Below, piece after piece: positions 23,842 to 33,790 of a stretch of DNA of 64,000 nucleotides. A program made the translations under genes and the position numbers. Within the stretch, counting starts at the first letter, position 1; every line of letters begins with the position of its first letter. Source of the stretch: Macrostomum lignano (lineage: Eukaryota); contig NIVC01002529.1 in assembly GCA_002269645.1 (NCBI GenBank), positions 1-64,000 of the forward strand, in the 5' to 3' direction. The notes beneath the pieces are model-generated. The model was not told where the DNA came from. It searched no databases and worked only from the letters and a program-made list of their open reading frames with translations.

Positions 23842-26800
23842 GCGTGCATTTAAAGTGCCAATATCGCTCGGACGGAAACGAAATGCTGTCATCTATTTGA
23901 AACCACACAACTCCACTCAAACCGACTGTTTTCGGTATGCTGTACTGGCAAGCATTTTCCACGAAAAGGTTGCTGCCAAGCCGACCAGCAAGAAAAGCTA
24001 CGCTCCATGGTTGAAGAGGATTCGTTTCAGCGGCGGCGGCGGCGGCCCAGCGCGTCATGCAACTCCCTCATACAGGAAATTCTGTCGTCGAAATCCGCAT
24101 ATTGGTCTACGAATATTTGTGTGGGATCACGACAGCAAGACTGCTGTTTTATATTTTTCGTTGCGTGCCACGGATGAAAAGTATTTGGCTAATTGCTTGT
24201 TCATTCCTCCGTACGGTGAGTTCAAGTTGGGACATTATATGCCGATAAAAAATCTCAATTCGTTGTTGAGCAGCAACAATAAGCGCCGAAGATACTGCCC
24301 CGAATGTTTGGTTGGGTTCAGCCACACAGTCTCTTGGAATTTTATTTTGAACCAACACAACTGCGGGGGAGGAACCTTGGACAAACCGACCACGCAATGG
24401 GCAAGTTCAGCGAGTTGTTGTCCCCGTCGTCGTCATCCTGAAATTCGTGTGGCTCGATCCGCGCCAACAGAGCTGCTACCAAAACCTTCGGAAGCTATTC
24501 TTGAGTTCACTGCACATGAAGCTCGACTGCCTCCATTATACGTGGTCTATGCCGACATTGAGAGCATTCTTGCTCCACCCGAAACTCTACAGTCGGGACC
24601 GCGAATAGGCGCCAGTTCAAATATGCGCATTCTAGACATTCATGTGCCCGTGTGCGTTGCCTACCGACTTGTGGTGTGTCCGGAGCTAAACAAATTGTCA
24701 GCCGCGCGTTTGCAGGCCAAAGTTGGCCAACAGCCATGCAAAGTCATCTACAATATGCCAGACGGGGGTCCAAATTGCATTCGCCAGTTTTTACAAGCTG
24801 TTCGTCAACTTGCCTTTGAAATTTGTAGTGACACTACAAATTCTGCGACGTTTACACCTCTGCTGCGCAAGTATGCCTGCAGTAGGCAGCAGCAGCAGTC
24901 GGCGGAGCATTGTCAGCTTTGTGGTCGAGCGTTTGGAGAAGACGACCGCCAGGTTTTGGATCATTGTCATTTGACTGGTATGCCTCGAGGAATCGTTTGT
25001 GTCTCCTGCAATCGGAAACTGTCTCTCAAACGTTATCGTCTACTTGTCTACACTCACTGTCTGAGCAACTATGATGGCAAATTCTTTGTGAGAGAATTGT
25101 ACGAGACATTTTCTGGAAATGATGTGCAGCTACACGTGCTTCCAGAGACAAAAGAAAAATTCAAGACATTTTCGGTAAAGTTTAAGATACCCCTTGGTGC
25201 GGGTGCGTCTCGCCAGCAGACGCGACGAGACTTTGTATGGTTCGAGGTGTGTTTTAAAGACACTTTTGCCTATCTGTCCACCAGTCTGGCTTCGCTAGCT
25301 CAACGTCTCTCGCCCGATCAGTTGGTTCACACTCGCGAGTTACTCAAATTATATCCTCGCCTGCAGCCTGCTACACTTCAACAGAAGGGAGTTTTTCCTT
25401 ACAACTTTTTGTCTAGCGAGGAGAAACTTGATTCCGTCAGGCAACTGCCGCCAAAAGAGGCTTTTTTCGATCGGTTGAGTATGCAACACTGCTCTGATCA
25501 AGACTATGCACGAGCGCAACAGAGTTGGCTAGAATTTGAATGTACCAATCTACGCCAATACACCACGGCATACCTGCAGTTGGATGTGCTGCTTTTGTTT
25601 GACGTGTTTGAGAACTTTCGAAAGACTGCAATGCAAGAGTATGGACTCGATCCGGCCAATTTTTTAGGCTCGCCCATGTACAGCATGGCTGCGTGCTTGC
25701 TTGGTATGGAAATGCCGATTCATTTGTTCACGGACCCTAAAATGTATTCGGAAGTAGAAACCTCGATTCGCGGAGGATTCAGTTTTGGAACCCGACACAT
25801 TACGACCGCAAACAATCGACTTGTGCAAGATCAGCGTCGCCGACTGGATCAGGAGGAGCCGCAGCTTTCGACGTTGCGTGATAATGCACCCGATGGTACC
25901 TATTTGGTTTACTTGGATGCCAATTCGTTGTATGCTTCTTGCATGACCGAACCTATGCCGTGTAAAGATTTTCGCTGGTTGACTCGTCAAGAGATTGCTA
26001 GTATACCTTGTGATGAAACTGGTCGACTTGAGACCCTGCATGTTAAAAGTCGAATGCTGGATTGGTTGGTCGGTTTTTGCAACGATGGGCGTGGAGCCGT
26101 TTTCAATGTCGACTTTTATTATCCTCGATTTTTGCACGACTCTACCGCTGATCTTCCACTTGCGATTGGTCACGAGATTCTGACGGAGAATCGGCTTACG
26201 CAGCAAATGAGGGACGACTGGGTTTGCTTGCAACGTCAACTAAATCCAGAGCGATATGCCAATGCTGCCTGCTACGAGGACGTGAAACCGTTCAAGAGCC
26301 CAACAAAAAAGCTTGTCGGGTCGGTAGATCACAAGCTCGGCTATGTGCTTCATCATCGAGCTTTGCGCCTCTACTTGGAGTTGGGTTTGCGAGTCACGCG
26401 AGTTCGTCGGGCCATTGCATTCACAGAGAAGCCTATTCTACGCAAGTATATTAATCATAATATTGCTCGTCGTGTGGCAGCTAAAACCGAGTTCGAGAAG
26501 GACTTTTTCAAGCTGCTAAACAATGCCCTGTTTGGAAAATTCCTTCAGCGCGTTCGAGATCGCTTGACTTATCGAATGTGCTCTTCGCCAGAAAAATTGG
26601 AGACCTATATTTCGCGAGAGGAATTCTTGGATGTGACAATCTACACAGAATCTTTGGCCGGTGTCAGTTTGTCTCCTCGGCGAGTGGTGCTCAACAAACC
26701 GATAATAATTGGTGCGTCAATTCTGGATATTGCCAAAACGATTGTATACAATTTTTATTACAATCATGTACAGGTGAGCAGTAGGGGAATTTTTGGGGGT

Positions 26801-27387
26801 TTTGGGTTTGCTCTATTCTACTGCTGCTGCTGCTGCTGCGATTTTAGGTGCACCGGTCACTTGCCCGCGCTCGCGTACTTGGCGGTGATACAGACAGCCT
26901 GATGATGGCTCTTATAATGCGGAATCCTGCTGAGACGCCTTACGAGACACTGTTCAAAGATTTGGCTGCACAAGGCCTATTGGACACTAGTAACTACCCT
27001 CCGACACACAGTCTGTACTCGCTTGCACACAAAGGAAAGTTGCTCGCATGGAAAGACGAGTTTTGCGGACGTCTTCCGTTGGAGTTGGTTTTTCTTCGGC
27101 CCAAAAACTACTCTTTTCTGCATTGCACTGCTGAGGGGACAGTTGGTCAAGTGTCTCGGTCCAAGGGAGTATGCAAGGCTGTTGCTCGGACTCTGAAGCA
27201 TACTGCTTACTTGCAAGTAATAGCCGATCGACGTTTGCACTATGTTACAATGCAAACAATTACGTCGCGCAAGCAGCTCGTGTTCTCGCTGAGTCAGCGC
27301 AAGCAAGCGCTGGGTTACTTTGACACTAAACGTGCCTGGACCAGTGATCTGGCGTCTCTACCGTTTGGTCACTGGCGACTTGACTGA
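23090..27387 (+). CDS. polB: Protein-primed family B DNA polymerase (at least 1407 aa); exons 23090-26773 and 26848-27387, probably with an unidentified 5' exon
   Basis: N-terminal C2H2 (CVVC..HIHTH), RGSNW..CFRYAVLA region, ExoI YADIE, EndoVII-like CQLC..DHCHLTG..CVSCN, ExoII HCLSNYD, ExoIII YLQLD, motif A YLDANSLY, motif B KLLNNALFGK; motif C GGDTDS lies after a 74-nt phase-0 GT-AG intron. Confidence 0.97.
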
Positions 27388-27583
27388 TGTTTGGTTTTAT
27401 TAATTATTCTCTGACTAGTGTGGAATTTGTTTTTTGAACAATATATGTGATGTTTAGTTGGTAATATCAGAAGTGTTATTGTTGTAAATTTCGCTATTTT
27501 TAAAAAAAAAATAAGAATCCTATATCGGGTGTAATAAGCAAACTAAGAAGATTAGAGCCATAGTTAGTTACGAGCGTGGAGAA

Positions 27584-28264
27584 ATGAAGAAGCCCTACAA
27601 GTTAAAGCCGTTAGTTTTTGTGGATATAGAAGAAGAAGACGAGGGTTATATGCCACCCCCACAGACACCCCAGCCAACAAGTAGAAAATTCATTTTTCCT
27701 CATTCTTCGCAACTTTCAGCCACCACAGCAACTACAATGGAATCAATGCAACAGAGAGCTACTGGTCAGACAACTAATAATGCCAAACAATCGACCTCGC
27801 CGAAACGTCTGCCTGCGCTATTGCAAGTGAAGCGGCTGCGGGAGTATGCTGTACTTCCTCTGCGCCAGACCAGAGGTTCGGTAGGCTATGATTTGTCTGC
27901 TGTCGAGAGCAGACTTCTTCCTGCCCACGACCGAGTAGTGCTACCGCTCGGGATCTCTATCCGGGTTCCGGAGGGCACCTACGGGCGCATTGCGCCCCGT
28001 TCTAGTCTGGCAGTGCGAGGTATCGACGTTGGAGGAGGCGTCGTTGACCCAGACTATGACGGAGAAGTTGCTGTGGTTCTTTACAACCACAGCCTCGATG
28101 ACTACACAATTCAAGCGGGAGAACGGATCGCACAGCTGATCTTGGAGCAGGCGCTAATGGTTCCTGTCGTGGTGGAGGAGACTCCCGGACAAGAGTGCTG
28201 TTCGATTCTTGAACCCCCACCTGGAAAACGTGGAGCAATGGGATTTGGCAGCACCGGACTGTGA
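27584..28264 (+). CDS. dut: Trimeric dUTPase with a ~75-aa N-terminal extension
   Basis: All five motifs: GYDL, GRIAPRSS, GVVDPDYDGE, GERIAQL, RGAMGFGSTG. Confidence 0.96.
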   Translation: MKKPYKLKPLVFVDIEEEDEGYMPPPQTPQPTSRKFIFPHSSQLSATTATTMESMQQRATGQTTNNAKQSTSPKRLPALLQVKRLREYAVLPLRQTRGSVGYDLSAVESRLLPAHDRVVLPLGISIRVPEGTYGRIAPRSSLAVRGIDVGGGVVDPDYDGEVAVVLYNHSLDDYTIQAGERIAQLILEQALMVPVVVEETPGQECCSILEPPPGKRGAMGFGSTGL

Positions 28265-28447
28265 GTTGTGAGACATTGACTGCATCAGCTGACAGTGGTG
28301 TTGGTGGTGGCATTTCCTCTGTTAAAGCTATATGCAAGCCGGGTTCTCTTGTGTGCATAGGCCGATTTTTTTCCATTGAAATAGAAAGGGATATTTCAAT
28401 ACTTTGAAAGAAGCTATATGCAAATTCTTCTTTGTCGTCTCTACTAA

Positions 28448-28903
28448 ATGCCTGGTAAAACTCTTGACAACAAGAACAAGAAGAATAGGAAACAAAATCG
28501 CGCATCCAGTCAAACTGCTTCCAAAAACCCTTGCCGCCGCCGTCGCAGCCAACCCGTGCAGTCTGTTGGAAAGCAACTAGGATTTGGAATAGTAAACTGG
28601 TTAATCAACCATTTGCCTGTTGAGGTCCACGTACCCGGCTACCGTTTCTGTGGTCCCGGAACCCGCCTACGCCAGCGTTTATCGGAGGGACAGCGCGGGG
28701 TTAATCGCCTTGATGATCTGTGTCTGATCCACGACTTGGCCTATTCGAAGCACAAGGGGGTGCAGGAACGCTTGGAGGCAGACCGGGTTCTAGAAACCGG
28801 TGCCCGTGAAATTGCACAAGATCCAAACACCCCTTTCGGTGAAAAGGTTACTGCCAAGATGGTATCGAAAATTATGTCCTTGAAACAGAAACTGAGTGCC
28901 TAA
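28448..28903 (+). CDS. Parvovirus VP1u-like phospholipase A2 domain protein (adintovirus PLA2X type) with a basic N-terminus
   Basis: HVPGYRFCGPGT Ca-loop, LDDLCLIHDLAY catalytic HDxxY, and downstream EADRVL Asp. Confidence 0.9.
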   Translation: MPGKTLDNKNKKNRKQNRASSQTASKNPCRRRRSQPVQSVGKQLGFGIVNWLINHLPVEVHVPGYRFCGPGTRLRQRLSEGQRGVNRLDDLCLIHDLAYSKHKGVQERLEADRVLETGAREIAQDPNTPFGEKVTAKMVSKIMSLKQKLSA

Positions 28904-28904
28904 A

Positions 28905-29624
28905 ATGAGTGCTGCAACGCCGGAGACATTCAACTTGCAATTGGCACACGGTTCCTCGTTCATTATTGCTGGCCCAGCGATGTCTGGCAAGACCGAGTGG
29001 ACCCTGCGACTCTTGAAGGAACGCCATGCGATGTTTGACAAGGCTCCAAAACGTCTAGTTTGGTGTCATGGGACCGATTTGTCTGCGATGGAGCAGCGAC
29101 GTATTCGAATGTTTTGGCTAGACGGAGGCGACAGTCCAATTCACTTTGTTAGAGGATTTCCAGACACGCTGGTTGGTCAACTTCAGGAGCACGATTTCGT
29201 GGTAGTGGACGATTTACAAAGCGAAGTTGCTAAATCTACAGCCTTGACTGGCATGTTCACAAAATATGCACATCATATACCCTTAACGTGCGTGTACCTT
29301 TGCCAAAATTTATTTAATCGGTCGGATCCAGAGGCGCGAACTCGGAGTCTATCAGCTAGTTATATTTGTCTCATGAGAAGTGTGCGAGACCGATCTGCCG
29401 TTCAACACTTGAGTCAGCAAATGCTCAGTCGGGGCAGTAAATTCTTGGTTCGTGCCTACGAGGACGCCACTGACAACAAACCGCATAGCTATCTGTTCAT
29501 TGATTTGCGACAGAATACACCCGACTTTTTGCGTTTTCGAACTGGAATTTTTCCGGGCGACAAGCACATTGTTTACAACAGGGCTTCGGAAATGGGTAAT
29601 GCTTTTTTACCTCTTATAAGCTAA
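28905..29624 (+). CDS. Genome-packaging ATPase (A32/FtsK-HerA-like)
   Basis: IIAGPAMSGKT Walker A, VVVDDLQ Walker B, TKYAHH...LCQNLF motif typical of Polinton ATPases. Confidence 0.95.
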   Translation: MSAATPETFNLQLAHGSSFIIAGPAMSGKTEWTLRLLKERHAMFDKAPKRLVWCHGTDLSAMEQRRIRMFWLDGGDSPIHFVRGFPDTLVGQLQEHDFVVVDDLQSEVAKSTALTGMFTKYAHHIPLTCVYLCQNLFNRSDPEARTRSLSASYICLMRSVRDRSAVQHLSQQMLSRGSKFLVRAYEDATDNKPHSYLFIDLRQNTPDFLRFRTGIFPGDKHIVYNRASEMGNAFLPLIS

Positions 29625-29662
29625 GGAGTCAACAAGAAGCGTGCTCGATTCGGATTTAGAGA

Positions 29663-30655
29663 ATGAGTTTCTACGTCTTTTTGCCCTCAAACGACAAATC
29701 TTACTCGGACAATAGTCCGAACGATTTCAGGGTACGACTTAAAGAACCTCTCGACTTGGCTCCAAATGGTATCGGATCGTACGAGGTAGCTCTGGTTGAA
29801 TTGTTATGCCAAGGTGCGGTTGTAGCAACGAGCGGTAATCGAACTCGGCGATTTGAAGTGCCCTACTTTGCGGATATTTCGCAAATTCTTAAAAGCACCT
29901 CAGACTTCTTTGGACGCGTTTGGGAGGACGTTGATTTGGAAGCTTATGTTTCGTGGAAACCAACGGACGAAAAAAGCAAGATGGTGTGGGTTCTACACAA
30001 TGCTGGAAAGAAGACTTTGTCGGTAGAACTTCCTAAGCATTTCATGCTGATGAACTATTTTGCAAAGTGGAAAAAGATTGCAAGAAAGAGTGAGCCGCAG
30101 AGCACCGACCTGGAATCTCCCGATGGTGACTACAAAGATTTTATCAAGAGCATGAGTGAGGTTGCTGAGCTCTTCCCGGAGGAGTGGTTGAGCTTTGAGT
30201 GCGTTCTTGATCCTGGGGAGAGCTTGCATCTGGTCAGTGATAAGAGCCTCTACACCGAGCGCAGTTCTTCTACTACATGGAACAGTGTGTATTCATACTG
30301 GAAAAAGAATAAGACGTGGCGTTTTCATAAGACCTACTTAGATACAAGTGGCACCAGCGCATCAATCAGTACTAAGACCGTTTACATGTACTGCTACACT
30401 GACATAGTCGAGTACCAAGCTGTGGGGAGTACTTCTGTTCCCTTGCTACGCGTTGTTGAACTTCAGCAGAGGAAAGATGGTGAGCTCGTGCGTGATAGTA
30501 GTGCTCTTCAGACACCACACTATTTGAAAACTAGTCGTCTACTTGTTTCGGAGATTAGCATCCGGCTTTGTGATCAGCGGGGGCAAGCGTTGAATTTTCG
30601 CCCTGGATCTCATGTAGTTGCTGTGTTACATTTTCGACGGCGCTCAGATTTATAA
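29663..30655 (+). CDS. Minor capsid (penton-like) protein
   Basis: N-terminal FYVFLPSN..F.V.L..P.DL...YEVAL.E and C-terminal YTDIVEYQAVG...PLLRVV...P.Y...ISIRL.DQ.G..LNF...LHFRR. Confidence 0.85.
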   Translation: MSFYVFLPSNDKSYSDNSPNDFRVRLKEPLDLAPNGIGSYEVALVELLCQGAVVATSGNRTRRFEVPYFADISQILKSTSDFFGRVWEDVDLEAYVSWKPTDEKSKMVWVLHNAGKKTLSVELPKHFMLMNYFAKWKKIARKSEPQSTDLESPDGDYKDFIKSMSEVAELFPEEWLSFECVLDPGESLHLVSDKSLYTERSSSTTWNSVYSYWKKNKTWRFHKTYLDTSGTSASISTKTVYMYCYTDIVEYQAVGSTSVPLLRVVELQQRKDGELVRDSSALQTPHYLKTSRLLVSEISIRLCDQRGQALNFRPGSHVVAVLHFRRRSDL

Positions 30656-30738
30656 GCAAACGTCGACTTCTTTTTTATTCTAACAATGTTCCGACTTGGA
30701 CAACTACAGCTGCGACTCTGTGTGTGTGTTGAGGCCCC

Positions 30739-31167
30739 ATGCAGAGAATCTCGGAAAAGGCTAAGCGGAGTGCCACTTCTCTATCCCGCTGTGCGAATAT
30801 TTTACAAATTGTTACGCGGCTTGGTAGTCAGATTCAACGAAAAAAGTTTCTGCAAACGCTCACGCCGCCCGAAGTGAGGTGTTTGGTTGAATTGCTGCTA
30901 AATATTGTCAATCGGCGTGTACCGATCTCTCCATGCGACAAAAAGCGGCTTGAGAAACACGCCAAGTATATACGCCAACTGGTGGATAAAAAAAAATCTT
31001 TAAGTAAAAAGAAGAAAATTATTGTCCAGCACGGGGGATTTCTTCCTTTCCTGGCCCCAATTATCGCCGCGCTACCGACTATAGCGACTGCATTGGGAAT
31101 TACATCTGGTGTCGCAGGAACCGCCGCTGGTACAGCAAATTTAATTCGAGCAATTCAAAGAAAATAG
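30739..31167 (+). CDS. Small basic virion core-type protein with a GGFLPFL hydrophobic C-terminus (adenovirus pX-like)
   Basis: ELLLNIV...KKRL.K....IRQL...KKKII.Q.GGFLPFLAPIIAALP pattern, seen in Polinton conserved ORFs. Confidence 0.75.
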   Translation: MQRISEKAKRSATSLSRCANILQIVTRLGSQIQRKKFLQTLTPPEVRCLVELLLNIVNRRVPISPCDKKRLEKHAKYIRQLVDKKKSLSKKKKIIVQHGGFLPFLAPIIAALPTIATALGITSGVAGTAAGTANLIRAIQRK

Positions 31168-31173
31168 TGCCTG

Positions 31174-31872
31174 ATGGACAAGCGGGGTGACCTACGACGA
31201 ATGGTTCTCTTGCCTGAAAGTGTCTACCATGTTTTATCCCAGCAGCAGCAGCAACAGCAGGAAGCGCCGCCGCCGCCACCGAGAAGGACCGAGCCACTAG
31301 ACACCCCAAACGTTGCTCTGCAAAAGGATATCGTGTCTACGCAGCTAGAAATGGACAAACTAGACGAACAGATGGCGAAAAATCCGGTTTCGTTTCCGAC
31401 AGCTCAAATGAAACGCTCTGATTTGGAAAGCAAGTTGCTAAATTCTCGGCGAATACTGCAGAATGGGCCAAGTAGCGGTCCTGTTCGAGAGGTTGGTGTT
31501 GAAGAAGCACCGAAATTTGTAAGTCGGCTTCCGAAGGCATTCAAAAGGAGATACGATGCTCTTGTAAAAACTCTTTTCGAAGAAGAGGGTAGTTCTGCGG
31601 AGGCTCTTCCATCGTCTTTATCGGCGGAGGAAGTGGAAAAGTTGCTTGAGTATGTTGTCCGAGACAGACCGCTAAAAAGACATGGTAGTTCTCCCCCTGT
31701 TGGCTTTGAATCTTTTCTGGATTTTGTGCGTAGACGTAACGTGCCTAATCGTCTTGTTGGTCAGCATGTGCGAGGACTCTTGCAGTCGTTTAAAGGGAAT
31801 GACGACGACGAGGAGGAGGGTGTAAGCAACGACGATCTGAATGCTCTGGAACAATATGAGACCCTTGATTAG
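31174..31872 (+). CDS. Polinton hypothetical protein (232 aa)
   Basis: Clean ATG-to-stop ORF packed between core genes; RMVLLP N-terminal motif and acidic C-terminus. Confidence 0.75.
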   Translation: MDKRGDLRRMVLLPESVYHVLSQQQQQQQEAPPPPPRRTEPLDTPNVALQKDIVSTQLEMDKLDEQMAKNPVSFPTAQMKRSDLESKLLNSRRILQNGPSSGPVREVGVEEAPKFVSRLPKAFKRRYDALVKTLFEEEGSSAEALPSSLSAEEVEKLLEYVVRDRPLKRHGSSPPVGFESFLDFVRRRNVPNRLVGQHVRGLLQSFKGNDDDEEEGVSNDDLNALEQYETLD

Positions 31873-31925
31873 TATAAGCTTGTCAGGATTCGTTGATTTG
31901 AAAAGTATACGTGAGCCGATAAAAA

Positions 31926-32153
31926 ATGTCGTCTGACGTTTGGCGTAGAATTCGTCTTTGCGTTTGTCGTTTTTTTGCTCGTCAACACCTATGTTGCGCT
32001 CGATTGGTGACTAGTTGCATTGAAAAGGAGGACGATCTTGCAGATCACACTGTGAACGTTCAAGCGAGTTTTAACTGCTGCAACACACAGGGCGGAGCTG
32101 TTTCTACCGATATTCATGGAGGGGCGCAAGAAGACCAACCACCCGATTCATAG
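31926..32153 (+). CDS. Possible small Cys-rich ORF (75 aa) overlapping the integrase start
   Basis: aaaATG context fills the gap between genes; no homology evidence. Confidence 0.3.
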   Translation: MSSDVWRRIRLCVCRFFARQHLCCARLVTSCIEKEDDLADHTVNVQASFNCCNTQGGAVSTDIHGGAQEDQPPDS

Positions 32154-33294
32154 TGCTGTACACGAGTTTCTTGATCGCCAGTTTTTTGACTTGGAGAATC
32201 CGTCTTCTTATTCTGGAAATAAAACGAGCTTGCTTCGGGCGGTGCGCAAGACATTCCCTCAGATTCGGTTAGGGATTGCGCGAGACATTGTGCTCGATTG
32301 GATACGGTCAACTCAGGAGCACCATCTGTTTCAAAAGGCTCGACGGAATTTCCCTACACCAAAAATTAGTGTCCCGCCTGTTGCTCGGTTTCAGTTTCAG
32401 ATCGACTTGGCAGATATGCAGCAGTATCAGGCTGAGAATCGGGGCTATCGTTTCATCATGGTTTTAATTGACTGCTTCACTAGAGTTGTTCGTCTACGCG
32501 CACTTCGCTCCAAAAAACCTACGGAAGTGAGTGGAGTTTTACGCGATATTTTCAAGAGTGGTTTCAAGCCGCTGTATTTGCAGGGCGATGCAGGAATGGA
32601 ATTTCTTGGACGTGATACTCAGAACATGCTCAAGGAAGAAGGCGTTCGCTTCTTTGTGAGTCAAAGTACGTACAAGGCAAGCATGGCGGAGCGTTTTATT
32701 CGCTCGTTGAAGGAGCGAATGGAGCGTTATTTCAGAGCAAAGAAACTGCCTCGTTGGTTTGATGTGTTGGGAAAACTGGAGACAAACTTTAACTCGAGTC
32801 CTCATCGCTCTTTGAGTGGTAGAACCCCGAGAGAGGTATCAGAAGATCCACATCTTCAAGGAATACTTTGGGACAAAATTTTTGGATTGGAACAGCAGAA
32901 GCGAAAAAAGCCGCGTTTCAGTGTTGGTAGTTGGGTTCGAATTGCGAGGCGACGAGGTGTTTTTGAGAAGGGTTTTTCGACTACTTGGAGCAACACGGTT
33001 TACCAGGTTGCACGAACAATCAACAGCAACCCTCCAATGTACGAACTGAGCGATCCGGATGCAAACTTTGAGTTATTAGAAGGTCGATTTAACGAGTCAG
33101 AACTATTGGAGGTAAACCTCCCACGGGAGGAACCTACTGTGATTGAGCGAGTGCTGGATGTTGATCGGTCTAAATACGGTAAACTGCGCTACTTAGTAGA
33201 GTGGAAAGACATGGGCGAACTCAAAAGTCAGTGGTTGCGAGAGCAGGAGCTTGATGCAAAAACTGCACGACTATTTGCTAGAACCTATAAGTAA
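32116..33294 (+). CDS. Retroviral-like (RVE, DDE) integrase with a C-terminal chromodomain
   Basis: QIDLADM (D), LQGDAGMEF (D), ASMAERFIRSLK (E); chromo-like VIERVL...YLVEWK....SQWL; consistent with the 6-bp TSD. Confidence 0.96.
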   Translation: MEGRKKTNHPIHSAVHEFLDRQFFDLENPSSYSGNKTSLLRAVRKTFPQIRLGIARDIVLDWIRSTQEHHLFQKARRNFPTPKISVPPVARFQFQIDLADMQQYQAENRGYRFIMVLIDCFTRVVRLRALRSKKPTEVSGVLRDIFKSGFKPLYLQGDAGMEFLGRDTQNMLKEEGVRFFVSQSTYKASMAERFIRSLKERMERYFRAKKLPRWFDVLGKLETNFNSSPHRSLSGRTPREVSEDPHLQGILWDKIFGLEQQKRKKPRFSVGSWVRIARRRGVFEKGFSTTWSNTVYQVARTINSNPPMYELSDPDANFELLEGRFNESELLEVNLPREEPTVIERVLDVDRSKYGKLRYLVEWKDMGELKSQWLREQELDAKTARLFARTYK

Positions 33295-33297
33295 AGG

Positions 33298-33777
33298 ATG
33301 AGGGGCGAGTGCTTCAAGTATTTCGTTACGTCGGAAATGGATCCGATTTTTGCATTCTATTCGGGTCCGCGTTCTTCTTCGATTGGAGGACGAGGTAGCG
33401 TGCATCCTGCTATACCTGTGTACGAAGGATATGGGTTTCTTTCAAATTTACATGAGAAAGTCTTGTACCCGGTACTGCGCAGTGGGGCACGGGAGTTGCT
33501 CACGAAGGGATTGGATCTCCTCGCCCCAGCGAAGAGTGGGCGCGGTCTAAAACGAGGTGGTTCGGTTGTTGAAGCTGGTGAGGATTTGTTGGTTTCTTCG
33601 GTGCCCAAGAAGCGAAGACGGGCAGTTGGGTCTATAAGCAGTCGTGGTGGTGTGCGAAGGAAGAAATCGCAGAAGAGGAAAAAGAAGACGAGTGGGAAGG
33701 TGAAACGAAAATCGCCAAAATCTCGAAAGCCCAAGAAGAGGAAGAGTAAGAAAAACATCTACAGTCTTTTTGGTTAG
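33298..33777 (+). CDS. Lys/Arg-rich putative DNA-condensing core protein
   Basis: YEGYGFLS..LYPVLRSG motif followed by a very basic tail; lies directly upstream of the major capsid gene as in other Polintons. Confidence 0.75.
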   Translation: MRGECFKYFVTSEMDPIFAFYSGPRSSSIGGRGSVHPAIPVYEGYGFLSNLHEKVLYPVLRSGARELLTKGLDLLAPAKSGRGLKRGGSVVEAGEDLLVSSVPKKRRRAVGSISSRGGVRRKKSQKRKKKTSGKVKRKSPKSRKPKKRKSKKNIYSLFG

Positions 33778-33790
33778 TCAATCGTTAATA

